Translations under genes and position numbers: made by a program
Notes under the pieces: generated by a model
What the model saw: only the letters and a program-made list of their open reading frames with translations
The model's database searches: none
Told to the model about the DNA's origin: nothing
Part shown: piece by piece, positions 46,924 to 55,948 of the stretch
Layout: each line of letters begins with the position of its first letter
Position numbering within the stretch: the first letter of the stretch is position 1
Origin: a virus
Lineage: Duplodnaviria; Caudoviricetes
Direction: 5' to 3' (one strand)
DNA: 64,000 nucleotides
Virus record (IMG/VR): IMGVR_UViG_3300042940_001591

Positions 46924-48147
46924 ATGTCAAAATTGAGAATTTTAGCTATTCCGTCCGATGCCCATGGTGTGGGTAAATTTAGGATAATGGATCCATACAA
47001 ATATATTGGTGATAATCACATGGATGAATTTCATGTTGACATTTCATATAATGTTGAAAATAATGATGAAGCGTTTTTAAATTATGACATTGTTGTGTTT
47101 CATAGTTTTATACACCAAACAACTCACGAAGATAACGTTAATAGAGTTTTATGGTTAAAGAAACAAGGAATTAAAGTTGTAATGGACATTGATGATTTAT
47201 GGTTTGTTGACCAAAGACATCCAATGTACCAACAAATAAAAATTTCTAAAATGGGTGAGAAAAAAATCGAGTTACTTAAAATTGCCGATTATGTTTCCAC
47301 AACAACTTCCATCTTTGCTAAAACAATTAAAGAAAGATTAGGTGTTAAAAACATTGTTATTTTTCCAAATGCCGTGAACAATGAAGAACCTCAGTTTAAA
47401 CTAAATCCAATTAAATCAGATAAAGTTAGATTCGGTTGGTTAGGTGGGTCATCACATTTACACGATATTGAGTTAATGGCAAGTGGTATTTCCGCGACAC
47501 ATAATTTATTTAAAGATAAAGTACAATTTGTTTTATGTGGATTTGATTTAAGAGGTAATGTAATGGAAATTGACGATAAAGGTAATCGTAGAAATAGACC
47601 AATTAAACCACATGAAACTGTTTGGTTCAAATATGAAAAGTTCTTTACAGATGATTATAAAGTTTTAAGTGAAGAATATAAATCATATCTTAATACGTTT
47701 ATGGAAATTCCATATGATGATGAAAATGAACCATATAGAAGAAGATGGACAAAAGAAATAAACACATATGCAACAAACTATAACACTTTTGACGTATCTT
47801 TGGCTCCGTTAGTTGAATCTGTGTTTAATGCAAATAAATCACAATTAAAAGTCATTGAAGCTGGTTTTTATAAAAAGGCTTTGATTGCAAGTGATACAGA
47901 CCCATTCACTTTGGATTTATTGTCTGCGGTAAACGAAGGTAATTTTAATGATAAAGGAAACGCATTATTGGTAGGTACAAAAAAGAATCACAAAGATTGG
48001 GCGAGACATATGAAACGATTAGTTGAAAATCCAAATATGATTGAAGACTTAGGAAACCGTTTATATGAAACAGTTAAAGACACATACTCACTAAAAAAAG
48101 TGTGTCAAGATAGAGTAGAATTTTTCAAATCAATTATAAATAAATAA
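46924..48147 (+). CDS. Glycosyltransferase, GT-B fold (GT4-like)
   Basis: VVMDIDDLW, STTTSIFA, IFPNAV, GWLGGSSHLHD, DVSLAPL...NKSQLKVIEAG...IASD. Confidence 0.88.
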   Translation: MSKLRILAIPSDAHGVGKFRIMDPYKYIGDNHMDEFHVDISYNVENNDEAFLNYDIVVFHSFIHQTTHEDNVNRVLWLKKQGIKVVMDIDDLWFVDQRHPMYQQIKISKMGEKKIELLKIADYVSTTTSIFAKTIKERLGVKNIVIFPNAVNNEEPQFKLNPIKSDKVRFGWLGGSSHLHDIELMASGISATHNLFKDKVQFVLCGFDLRGNVMEIDDKGNRRNRPIKPHETVWFKYEKFFTDDYKVLSEEYKSYLNTFMEIPYDDENEPYRRRWTKEINTYATNYNTFDVSLAPLVESVFNANKSQLKVIEAGFYKKALIASDTDPFTLDLLSAVNEGNFNDKGNALLVGTKKNHKDWARHMKRLVENPNMIEDLGNRLYETVKDTYSLKKVCQDRVEFFKSIINK

Positions 48148-48158
48148 AACAAACACGT

Positions 48159-48392
48159 ATGCATTACTTAGTAACTATCGGTTATGAAACCGAACAAATG
48201 GACAGAAACGGAAACGCCCGTCTTCAAAAATTAAAGTACATTATCGAAGCGGAAACTGTTGAAGAAGCGACAATTGTTGCGTCAAAATATAGAGCCGGAG
48301 ATGTTCGAACAAGCGAAAGTATTTCAGTTGCAAAAATGGCAATTGAATGTGTTATCGACAAAAAGAACACGCCGGAATATTACAAGGCTTAA
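48159..48392 (+). CDS. Small protein, DUF4494-like
   Basis: YLVTIGYETEQMDRNG...KYIIEAETVEEA resembles the Bacteroidota DUF4494 pattern as recalled. Confidence 0.5.
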   Translation: MHYLVTIGYETEQMDRNGNARLQKLKYIIEAETVEEATIVASKYRAGDVRTSESISVAKMAIECVIDKKNTPEYYKA

Positions 48393-48414
48393 TAACAAAC
48401 ACACCAACTGAATT

Positions 48415-48636
48415 ATGGATTTCTACGGTAGAGATATACAGATAATGCGACAATCGCAAAGTAAAATGGCTTTAGAATACCTTAATACAGTTGGTGTTCA
48501 AGTTACATTTGAGGAATTACAACGTGTAACGGATGTATTTGTCGAGTGTTGTTTAAGACCACAAGATAATGACTTAAAAGAGAGAGTTAAGAAATTAGAT
48601 AAATGGATATTAGAAAAAAAACTAAAAAATGAATAA
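48415..48636 (+). CDS. Hypothetical protein
   Basis: 73-aa ORF in the operon. Confidence 0.65.
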   Translation: MDFYGRDIQIMRQSQSKMALEYLNTVGVQVTFEELQRVTDVFVECCLRPQDNDLKERVKKLDKWILEKKLKNE

Positions 48637-49228
48637 AAAAGAAATTGAGGACTATATAAAAAAATTAAAAGAGTTTGAAACAGAATTATCTAATGATGAT
48701 GATTTGGATTTTAATTTTATTAATGAATTAAATGGTGTTTTAAATAAAATTAATACCGACATTAAAAATGAAACTCAAGAAACACCGATATATAATAATT
48801 CATTAATTGTTAAAGTTAAAAAATTGAGTGATAATGCCGTTATACCATCTTATTCTAAAGTTGGTGATGCTGGTATGGATTTAACAATTACAAGAGAAAT
48901 TGAAAACACATCTTTTAGTGTTTCCTATGGATTTGGAATCTCAATGGAAATTCCAAAAAATTTCGTTGGTTTAGTATTTCCGCGTTCATCAGTACGTAAC
49001 CAAGATTTGATTTTATCAAACTGTGTGGGTGTAATTGACAGTGGGTATCGAGGTGAAATACAGGCAACATTCAAGAAAACGAACGGATTAGACTCAATTA
49101 AATACAAAGTAGGAGATAGGGGTGCTCAGATTATTATATTACCCTACCCACAAGTTAAAATGGTCGAATCAGATGAATTATCCGATACTGAAAGAGGAAC
49201 GGGTGGATTTGGGTCCACAGGTCAATAG
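48629..49228 (+). CDS. dut: Trimeric dUTPase with an N-terminal acidic extension
   Basis: Motifs AGMDL, PRSS, GVIDSGYRGEI, GDRGAQ, RGTGGFGSTG. Confidence 0.95.
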   Translation: MNKKEIEDYIKKLKEFETELSNDDDLDFNFINELNGVLNKINTDIKNETQETPIYNNSLIVKVKKLSDNAVIPSYSKVGDAGMDLTITREIENTSFSVSYGFGISMEIPKNFVGLVFPRSSVRNQDLILSNCVGVIDSGYRGEIQATFKKTNGLDSIKYKVGDRGAQIIILPYPQVKMVESDELSDTERGTGGFGSTGQ

Positions 49229-49275
49229 TGAGATATTTATATAAAATAACAATTGAAATTTAAAATTTAAAAGTT

Positions 49276-50007
49276 TTGGCATTAAAACCTAAGGTTGGGA
49301 AAAACTACTCAGTTCCCGTTGTAGTTGAAGATAAGAAAATATCTCATAAAGATAAGATTAGACAAATAATAAAAAGACCAAAAGAAAAGTTCCTAACTAA
49401 GAATCAAGAAACCTATTGGGACATTCTTGGAGAAAATCAAATTACATTATGTTTCGGTCCTGCGGGTGTGGGTAAGTCCTACATAGCGATGAAACGAGCC
49501 GTAGACCTATTATACGACGATTCTAACAAGTATGAGAAGATAATTATAGTTAGACCCGCAGTTGAAGCTGAGGAGAAATTAGGGTCCCTTCCGGGAGGTT
49601 TAGAAGAGAAATTAGACCCATACATTTATCCATCATATTACCTTTTAAATAAGATTATCGGTAAAGAGGCTCGTGAAACTTTAAAAGATATGGGTTATAT
49701 TGAAGTGGCGGCACTTGCGTACATGAGAGGGTGGAACGTAGATAATACAATATTAGTGTTTGAAGAAGCCCAAAACGCTACACCATCTCAAATTAAGTTG
49801 TTATTAACTCGTATTGGATACAATTCAAAATTCTTTATTTCAGGTGATCTTGAGCAATCGGATAAATTTAGAGATAAAACAAAATCTGGTTTATTTGATG
49901 CAAAGAAAAGATTACAAGATGTAAAGGGGATTGGAATATTTGAATTTGGTATGGAGGATATTGTACGAAATCCAATCATCGGTGAAATACTAAATAGATA
50001 CGAATAG
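49276..50007 (+). CDS. phoH: PhoH-like ATPase
   Basis: GPAGVGKSY, IIIVRPAVE, LGSLPG, YMRG, EEAQN, GDLEQSD, IVRNPII; TTG start. Confidence 0.95.
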   Translation: MALKPKVGKNYSVPVVVEDKKISHKDKIRQIIKRPKEKFLTKNQETYWDILGENQITLCFGPAGVGKSYIAMKRAVDLLYDDSNKYEKIIIVRPAVEAEEKLGSLPGGLEEKLDPYIYPSYYLLNKIIGKEARETLKDMGYIEVAALAYMRGWNVDNTILVFEEAQNATPSQIKLLLTRIGYNSKFFISGDLEQSDKFRDKTKSGLFDAKKRLQDVKGIGIFEFGMEDIVRNPIIGEILNRYE

Positions 50008-50044
50008 GGTTTACTTATAATCTCGATAATGTTATATTTCTTAT

Positions 50045-50695
50045 ATGGAAATATTCATTAGTATCGATGGTGTTTTAAGAAACACAATACAAAAATTTGA
50101 CTACCACTATAATGATGCATATCTAGCATCTGATTTTGAGAACGAAAATAAGTTCGAATACGGTGTTGTTGAGCCAATTAAAAATGATGATTTGTTTAAT
50201 CATTATAGGTTTCAATCACAAGACGAATTCGAATTTTTTCTTTTTATGGAATATCCTATTGAGATATTTGGTCACGCTGGTTTAAGTTATTCAACAACAT
50301 TTACCGATTTACATAAATTGTTGTTCGAAAATAAAGAACATAATTTTACGTTGGTTGGTTTAAATGAATTGGGTAAAGCAAAGCCCGCTACTTTATTTTT
50401 TCTATCAAAAAATGGTTTTCTTGGTAATAATATAAAATTTATTAAAACTGAGGATATTAAAAATACGTGGGACTTATGTGATGCTTGGATAACTGATAAT
50501 AAACAAATTTTAGATTCGTGTCCTGAAAATAAAACAGGAATAAAATTCAATAGCAAATATAACGGACACTTTACTTATAATAAAGAAATAACTAAATTAA
50601 CTGAAATACAAGAACCATGGTCGAAATTTTCGGAAAATACTACTACATTGACCTTGACGGAATCACAGAAAAATGTAGAACAGGAAACAAAATAA
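50045..50695 (+). CDS. HAD-fold 5'(3')-deoxyribonucleotidase-like protein with a degenerate motif I
   Basis: ISIDGVLRN in place of DxDGVL; KPATLFFLSK; DAWITDN...FNSKYN. Confidence 0.6.
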   Translation: MEIFISIDGVLRNTIQKFDYHYNDAYLASDFENENKFEYGVVEPIKNDDLFNHYRFQSQDEFEFFLFMEYPIEIFGHAGLSYSTTFTDLHKLLFENKEHNFTLVGLNELGKAKPATLFFLSKNGFLGNNIKFIKTEDIKNTWDLCDAWITDNKQILDSCPENKTGIKFNSKYNGHFTYNKEITKLTEIQEPWSKFSENTTTLTLTESQKNVEQETK

Positions 50696-50910
50696 AAACT
50701 GAAGAAGAAGAAGATACTTTAGAAATAAACATTTTCAAATATGAAATTATTAAAATGTGTTTAGAAAGAATCTTAGGTGAGGTAGATGATGTTGATGAAG
50801 AGATGGGTGCGTTTGCACAAAACTCAACCACCACATCATTTAAAATAGCATTTAACACCCTAATAAAATATAAAATCTTAATCGAAGAATTAAACGAAGA
50901 CGATGAATAA
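50617..50910 (+). CDS. Hypothetical protein
   Basis: MVEIFGKYYYIDLDG...FKIAFNTLIKYKIL; overlaps the upstream ORF by 79 nt and the downstream ORF by 8 nt. Confidence 0.65.
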   Translation: MVEIFGKYYYIDLDGITEKCRTGNKIKTEEEEDTLEINIFKYEIIKMCLERILGEVDDVDEEMGAFAQNSTTTSFKIAFNTLIKYKILIEELNEDDE

Positions 50911-51970
50911 TAAAGAAAACATTGAAAAATTAGAGTCCTCATTAGGAAGACTCGCAACAAAAGAAAATGTCATATATTTTTTAACATATGATACAAGAAA
51001 TAACGCAAGAGCATCTGTAAAGCATATCTACGATATGGCATTGATATTGAAACAAAACGATTACAATGTTAAAATATTAGTAGAGGATAAAAGCTATACT
51101 GGAGTTAGTAATTGGTTAGGTAGCACATATGACGAATTAAGTGTTGTTACAATCAAAGAAGATAAAATAGAAATAAAAATAGATGACGTACTTGTAGTAC
51201 CTGAATATTATTCAAACGCATTAGAACAATTATCTAGCGTTAAATGTGTAAAGGTAATGTTAATACAACAAAAAGATTATATTTTTGAAAATCTACCAAT
51301 TGGTAGTCGTTGGAGTGATTATGGTTTTGATAGAGTTATTACAACAACAGAAGAAACTAAGAAATATATTTTAGATATATTTCCAGAATCTTTAGTTTTT
51401 GTTATCCCTCCAATTATAGGTGAAAATTTCAAACCAATATCATTACCATTAAAACCATATATTGCAATTAGTTCAAGAGATAGATTAATTCATAGAAGAA
51501 TCATATCTGAATTTTATTTAAAATACCCACAATTACGTTGGATAACATTTAAAGATATGGTTCAATTATCTTATGATGAATTTGCAACCGCATTAAAAGA
51601 ATGTATGGTTTCTGTTTGGGTTGACGATGACTCTACGTTTGGTACGTTCCCATTGGAGTCGATGAAATGTGGAGTTCCTGTTGTTGGTAAAATACCAAAT
51701 ATTGAACCTGAATGGTTAGACGAAAATGGAATGTGGACATATGATATCAATAAGTTGGTAGAAATATTAGCAACTTATGTATTGGCGTGGGTTGAAGGAG
51801 TTGAATTAAGTGATGAGGTTAAGGAAAAAATGAAGGATACTTTATTACCATATAGTCTTGATATAACAAAAAACAATGTACTATCAATTTTCAAATCACT
51901 AATAAATAAAAGAGTGGAATCTATCGAGAATGCACTTAATAAATTAAAAGAAGAAGAAACTACAGCATGA
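50903..51970 (+). CDS. Glycosyltransferase, GT-B fold (GT4/WsaF-like)
   Basis: DVLVVPEYY, STFGTFPLESMKCGVPVVG (GT4 nucleotide-sugar motif). Confidence 0.8.
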   Translation: MNNKENIEKLESSLGRLATKENVIYFLTYDTRNNARASVKHIYDMALILKQNDYNVKILVEDKSYTGVSNWLGSTYDELSVVTIKEDKIEIKIDDVLVVPEYYSNALEQLSSVKCVKVMLIQQKDYIFENLPIGSRWSDYGFDRVITTTEETKKYILDIFPESLVFVIPPIIGENFKPISLPLKPYIAISSRDRLIHRRIISEFYLKYPQLRWITFKDMVQLSYDEFATALKECMVSVWVDDDSTFGTFPLESMKCGVPVVGKIPNIEPEWLDENGMWTYDINKLVEILATYVLAWVEGVELSDEVKEKMKDTLLPYSLDITKNNVLSIFKSLINKRVESIENALNKLKEEETTA

Positions 51971-52746
51971 AAAATATAACAGTAATTTTACCAATTCATA
52001 CCTTATCTGATGATTATAAGGAAATGTTAAATAACGCACTATCATCAGTCGAAGATTTTCATAATGATGTAAAAGTTTCTATTGTTTGTCCAACATCATT
52101 AAAAAAAGATTTAAAAGATTTATCAAATAAATTAGAAATAACGATTGTTACAAATAAAGGTGAGACCGATTTTTGTTCACAAGTAAATTTAGGTATTGAC
52201 AATTGTGATACTGAATGGTTTACAATTTTAGAAATTGATGACGAATTTAAACCAGTTTGGTTAAAATCAATGAACGAATATAGTAAAGTCTTTACAGATG
52301 TTTCTGTATTTTTACCAATAGTTAAAGATATTAATGTAGAGGGTAAATTTATTAATTATACTAATGAATCTGCTTGGGCATATGGTTTTACCGATATGCA
52401 AGGATTTATCGATAACGAAGTTTTATTAGATTTCCAAAATTATCAAACAAGCGGTGGATTATTTAAAACACAAGTCATTAAAGACAATGGTAAATTTAAA
52501 GAAAATATTAAATTAACATTTGTTTATGAATTCTTATTAAGATTAACACACAATGGTGTTAGAATAATGACAGTTCCTAAGGCGGGATATCAACACGTAA
52601 ATCTAAGAGAAGATTCATTATTTTGGAAATATAAAAATGAGGAAAAAATGATTCTATCTGAAAACGAAGTTAAATTTTGGTTGGACACAGCAAAGAAAGA
52701 ATTTTTCTTTAAAAATAAACGAGATGTAAATTATCAACCAGCTTAA
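51967..52746 (+). CDS. Glycosyltransferase family 2 (GT-A fold)
   Basis: ITVILPIH, QVNLGID, WFTILEIDDEF, YEFLLRL. Confidence 0.85.
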   Translation: MKNITVILPIHTLSDDYKEMLNNALSSVEDFHNDVKVSIVCPTSLKKDLKDLSNKLEITIVTNKGETDFCSQVNLGIDNCDTEWFTILEIDDEFKPVWLKSMNEYSKVFTDVSVFLPIVKDINVEGKFINYTNESAWAYGFTDMQGFIDNEVLLDFQNYQTSGGLFKTQVIKDNGKFKENIKLTFVYEFLLRLTHNGVRIMTVPKAGYQHVNLREDSLFWKYKNEEKMILSENEVKFWLDTAKKEFFFKNKRDVNYQPA

Positions 52747-53444
52747 TGCCGAGAAAACGTACCCAAAAAATTTATTTTGGGGAGGATCAAGAGAAGGCGG
52801 TAGTCAGTTACCTTGAAAGTAGTGACGATGCAGAAAAAAACAAGATATTCAACGAATATTTACGAGAACCCCTAATTATAATGGTCGAATCAATTATTCG
52901 ACGTTATAAACTTTACAGAAAAGATTTAGAATTTGAGGAAATTCATAACGATACAATGTCGTTTTTAATTACTAAAATTCACAAATTTGATCACACAAAA
53001 AATCATAAAGCATACTCCTATTTTGGGACAATCTGTAAAAACTACCTAATGGGGGCAATACAGAAAGACACAAAAGAACAGAATAGACAAGTTTCTTATG
53101 ATGATATATCATCTGACATTGAGGATAGAACGGATTTATCCTATGTTATTGATGAGTATATCGTAGACTATCGGGATGTTATTATTAAACTAACAATATC
53201 CTTAGAGGAGTTTATGGAAAAAGAAGACCTAACAGATAACGAACAGAAATTAGGTTATGCGTTACTTGAAATTTTTAATAATTTTGATAGAATATTCCAA
53301 GTTGGTGACGGTAATAAATTTAACAAAAACCTAATTTTATTATCATTACGAGAAATGACATCCCTTTCCACCAAAGAAATTAGAATATCTCTAAAAAAAT
53401 TCAAAAAGATGTACGACGGGATTTTGGGTGGATTTTTAGAATAA
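52746..53444 (+). CDS. Phage sigma factor, gp55-like (late transcription)
   Basis: IMVESIIRRY...FLITKIHKFDHTKNHKAYSYFGTICKNYL resembles sigma region 2 / gp55. Confidence 0.75.
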   Translation: MPRKRTQKIYFGEDQEKAVVSYLESSDDAEKNKIFNEYLREPLIIMVESIIRRYKLYRKDLEFEEIHNDTMSFLITKIHKFDHTKNHKAYSYFGTICKNYLMGAIQKDTKEQNRQVSYDDISSDIEDRTDLSYVIDEYIVDYRDVIIKLTISLEEFMEKEDLTDNEQKLGYALLEIFNNFDRIFQVGDGNKFNKNLILLSLREMTSLSTKEIRISLKKFKKMYDGILGGFLE

Positions 53445-53458
53445 ATCTATTTATAGGT

Positions 53459-53839
53459 ATGAGAACACAAAGAAATTTAATATCATTAGATGTTGATTCT
53501 GCATTGGCTTTAATGCAGGAGATATATAATGATGTAGTTGAGAACCGAAACACCGCCTCAATTATTATGAAAAAAATGCTTTCTTTTATGAAAGATGCTG
53601 AAGATATGAGTGTTATTGGTCCCGTAATCAAAGAACAACAAAAGGTTTTAAATGACCTTACCGAAAAGAAAATATCCCTTGTAAAATTACAAAGTGCACT
53701 CCTTAAACAGACCCAAGGAACGGGTAGTGGTAAAGGTGGACCTATGGGTAAATTAACATTATCTGAGGAGGATAGAGATTTATTGGATAAGTTGGTTAAT
53801 GACGGTGACAATAAAAACGAAACTAACTATAGATTATAA
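53459..53839 (+). CDS. Coiled-coil protein; possible terminase small subunit (gp16-like)
   Basis: Helical core VIGPVIKEQQKVLNDLTEKKISLVKLQ and a C-terminal DLLDKL; late motif at 53448-53454. The family assignment is weak. Confidence 0.35.
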   Translation: MRTQRNLISLDVDSALALMQEIYNDVVENRNTASIIMKKMLSFMKDAEDMSVIGPVIKEQQKVLNDLTEKKISLVKLQSALLKQTQGTGSGKGGPMGKLTLSEEDRDLLDKLVNDGDNKNETNYRL

Positions 53840-55746
53840 TGGCATCTAAAATAAAAGAACAGAAGTCCAAAATAAAGGCCAAAATTGATGCGGTTAAGAG
53901 AATTGCCGACGACGGTGAGAAAAGTTTCAATGAGAAAAGTGATAAATTCTTAAAGGACTTACCAACAACTGATGCCCTTTTTGGTAAAAAACTTTCAGAT
54001 TTTGCTGAAAAAAGAAAAAAGAAAAAAGAGAACAACAAGGATATTTTTGGTGAATTAATCGATACCGTTGAGGGGTTTTTAGGAACAAACAATAAGATAG
54101 AGATTAACGAAAAAAGTACAAACAAACAAAGACTTAGACAACACACAAACGATTCTATAAATGAAACTTTAAAAAGTTCAAAACAGATTGTTATGGATAG
54201 TGTTAAAAAGGTTTTATTTGCCGGAGACGGTATTTGTGGTACAAATAAATCTTTAATTAGTAGTGTGACCATATCACCTTCTGAATTTGATTTTATGAAT
54301 GTATTAACAGTTTCACCCGTTAGTAATAGTGGTAAAATTGTTTACGAAGATAATAAAGATAGAGGGTTAGTTAAAATGAACCAATTACTTTATAGTGGTT
54401 TTACTTCACCACAAACATTTTATACAAAGGACCCCGACCCAATATTTGACATTAATTGGAATGCATCAACTCAAAAATATACATTTGATAATTTTAGTGT
54501 AACCAAAGTTGATGAATTTTTAACAACATACTACACTAATATAGAGTTTTTAGACATCAGTGGTGTTACAAAAACAGCAATGTTAATGACATTACAAGGA
54601 GATGGTACCGAACCTCCTTTATTTGATAAAGGTTTTAATGAATTAAATAGATTATTGGCAAAATTATGTGCATTATGTAACAACCCAACATCTACAGGTA
54701 CAAATCAAAATCCAACCACTGAATTTAATGAAAATGATGAAGACATTGAATTTTATTTTGATTTTGATAATGTTGAGGGTATTGATTTGGATGATGAAAG
54801 TGCGAGATATAAAAAAGTATTGAGATTTAAAGATTGTAACAATTTTGAATCTGTGGCTGACACCTCTCACTTTGAAGATTTTGTTTACTTATCAAATAAG
54901 AAAAATTTAAACGATGCTGTTAATAATGCATTGTTAAATGCCGCGGCTGCAGCACATGAGACATCAGACTCGTCTATACCGCCAGATAATTTTCATTTAT
55001 CATTATTAAACACTTTTATTTTAAATTTACCAAAGGCATTAATAGGTTCCGTATTGGCACCGAAATATATGCTACCAATTGTTATTATATACAAATCAGT
55101 TGTTGCTGGTGTTGGGGGATTGGTTGAATCCGCAAAAGAAATAATGAAAAAATTGAGTAAATTATTTAATGAAATTATTAGAAATCTACTTTGGAAATTT
55201 TTATCTGAGTTTTGGAAACGAGTTAAAATAGATTTATTAAATTTCTTACAAAGATTAGCATTAAAAATATTAAAAAATAAAGCAAAACGTTATTATCTTA
55301 TTATAACATCGTTAATTGCACTATTAACAAAATTATTAGAATTGGGGTTAGATAATTGTGATTCATTATTTAAAATTATATCTCAATCAATAGATTTAGC
55401 CTTAAAGGGTGGTATTTCTAGTATTACTGGAGGTCTTACTGGAGGTGCTCAAGTGCCAGGATTTTTGTTAGGGTTGTCTCATTATTTACCTGGTTTTAGT
55501 ACGGATAGAGCGTTATTAAATATTACTGAAAAATTAGAATCTTCTGGAATTAGTACAGGTCCAATTTTTGGAGAATCAAATAATTTAACTGCATTAGTTA
55601 AATCTGTAATTGATGGTCAAACCGAAGAACACGACGCAAACAGTTTTATACAAGTATCAACACAAGAGGTTATTATACCAACACCGTTTGGATTACCAAT
55701 TATAATTCCACCGGGTATTATAACAAGTTCAGGAAAAATGTTTTAA
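53839..55746 (+). CDS. Hypothetical virion protein with hydrophobic/amphipathic helices
   Basis: 635 aa; LPKALIGSVLAPKYMLPIVIIY and YYLIITSLIALLTKLLELGL segments; upstream of the spike gene. Confidence 0.65.
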   Translation: MASKIKEQKSKIKAKIDAVKRIADDGEKSFNEKSDKFLKDLPTTDALFGKKLSDFAEKRKKKKENNKDIFGELIDTVEGFLGTNNKIEINEKSTNKQRLRQHTNDSINETLKSSKQIVMDSVKKVLFAGDGICGTNKSLISSVTISPSEFDFMNVLTVSPVSNSGKIVYEDNKDRGLVKMNQLLYSGFTSPQTFYTKDPDPIFDINWNASTQKYTFDNFSVTKVDEFLTTYYTNIEFLDISGVTKTAMLMTLQGDGTEPPLFDKGFNELNRLLAKLCALCNNPTSTGTNQNPTTEFNENDEDIEFYFDFDNVEGIDLDDESARYKKVLRFKDCNNFESVADTSHFEDFVYLSNKKNLNDAVNNALLNAAAAAHETSDSSIPPDNFHLSLLNTFILNLPKALIGSVLAPKYMLPIVIIYKSVVAGVGGLVESAKEIMKKLSKLFNEIIRNLLWKFLSEFWKRVKIDLLNFLQRLALKILKNKAKRYYLIITSLIALLTKLLELGLDNCDSLFKIISQSIDLALKGGISSITGGLTGGAQVPGFLLGLSHYLPGFSTDRALLNITEKLESSGISTGPIFGESNNLTALVKSVIDGQTEEHDANSFIQVSTQEVIIPTPFGLPIIIPPGIITSSGKMF

Positions 55747-55747
55747 C

Positions 55748-55948
55748 ATGGAAAAAGAAAATTTAATTGAAATAGCAAAAGACCCTAAAAATAAATCAAA
55801 TAAAGATTTATTTGTTGTGGTTAATGAATTATATGGTGAACACGAAAAAACAAAAAATTTAATTATAGATTTAACAAGACATTTAGAATCTATTGAAATT
55901 TTATATAATAATGTAAATAATGAAATAGAGAAAAGAATTAAGAAATGA
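55748..55948 (+). CDS. Small coiled-coil hypothetical protein
   Basis: 66-aa ORF with ATGA overlap into the spike gene. Confidence 0.65.
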   Translation: MEKENLIEIAKDPKNKSNKDLFVVVNELYGEHEKTKNLIIDLTRHLESIEILYNNVNNEIEKRIKK

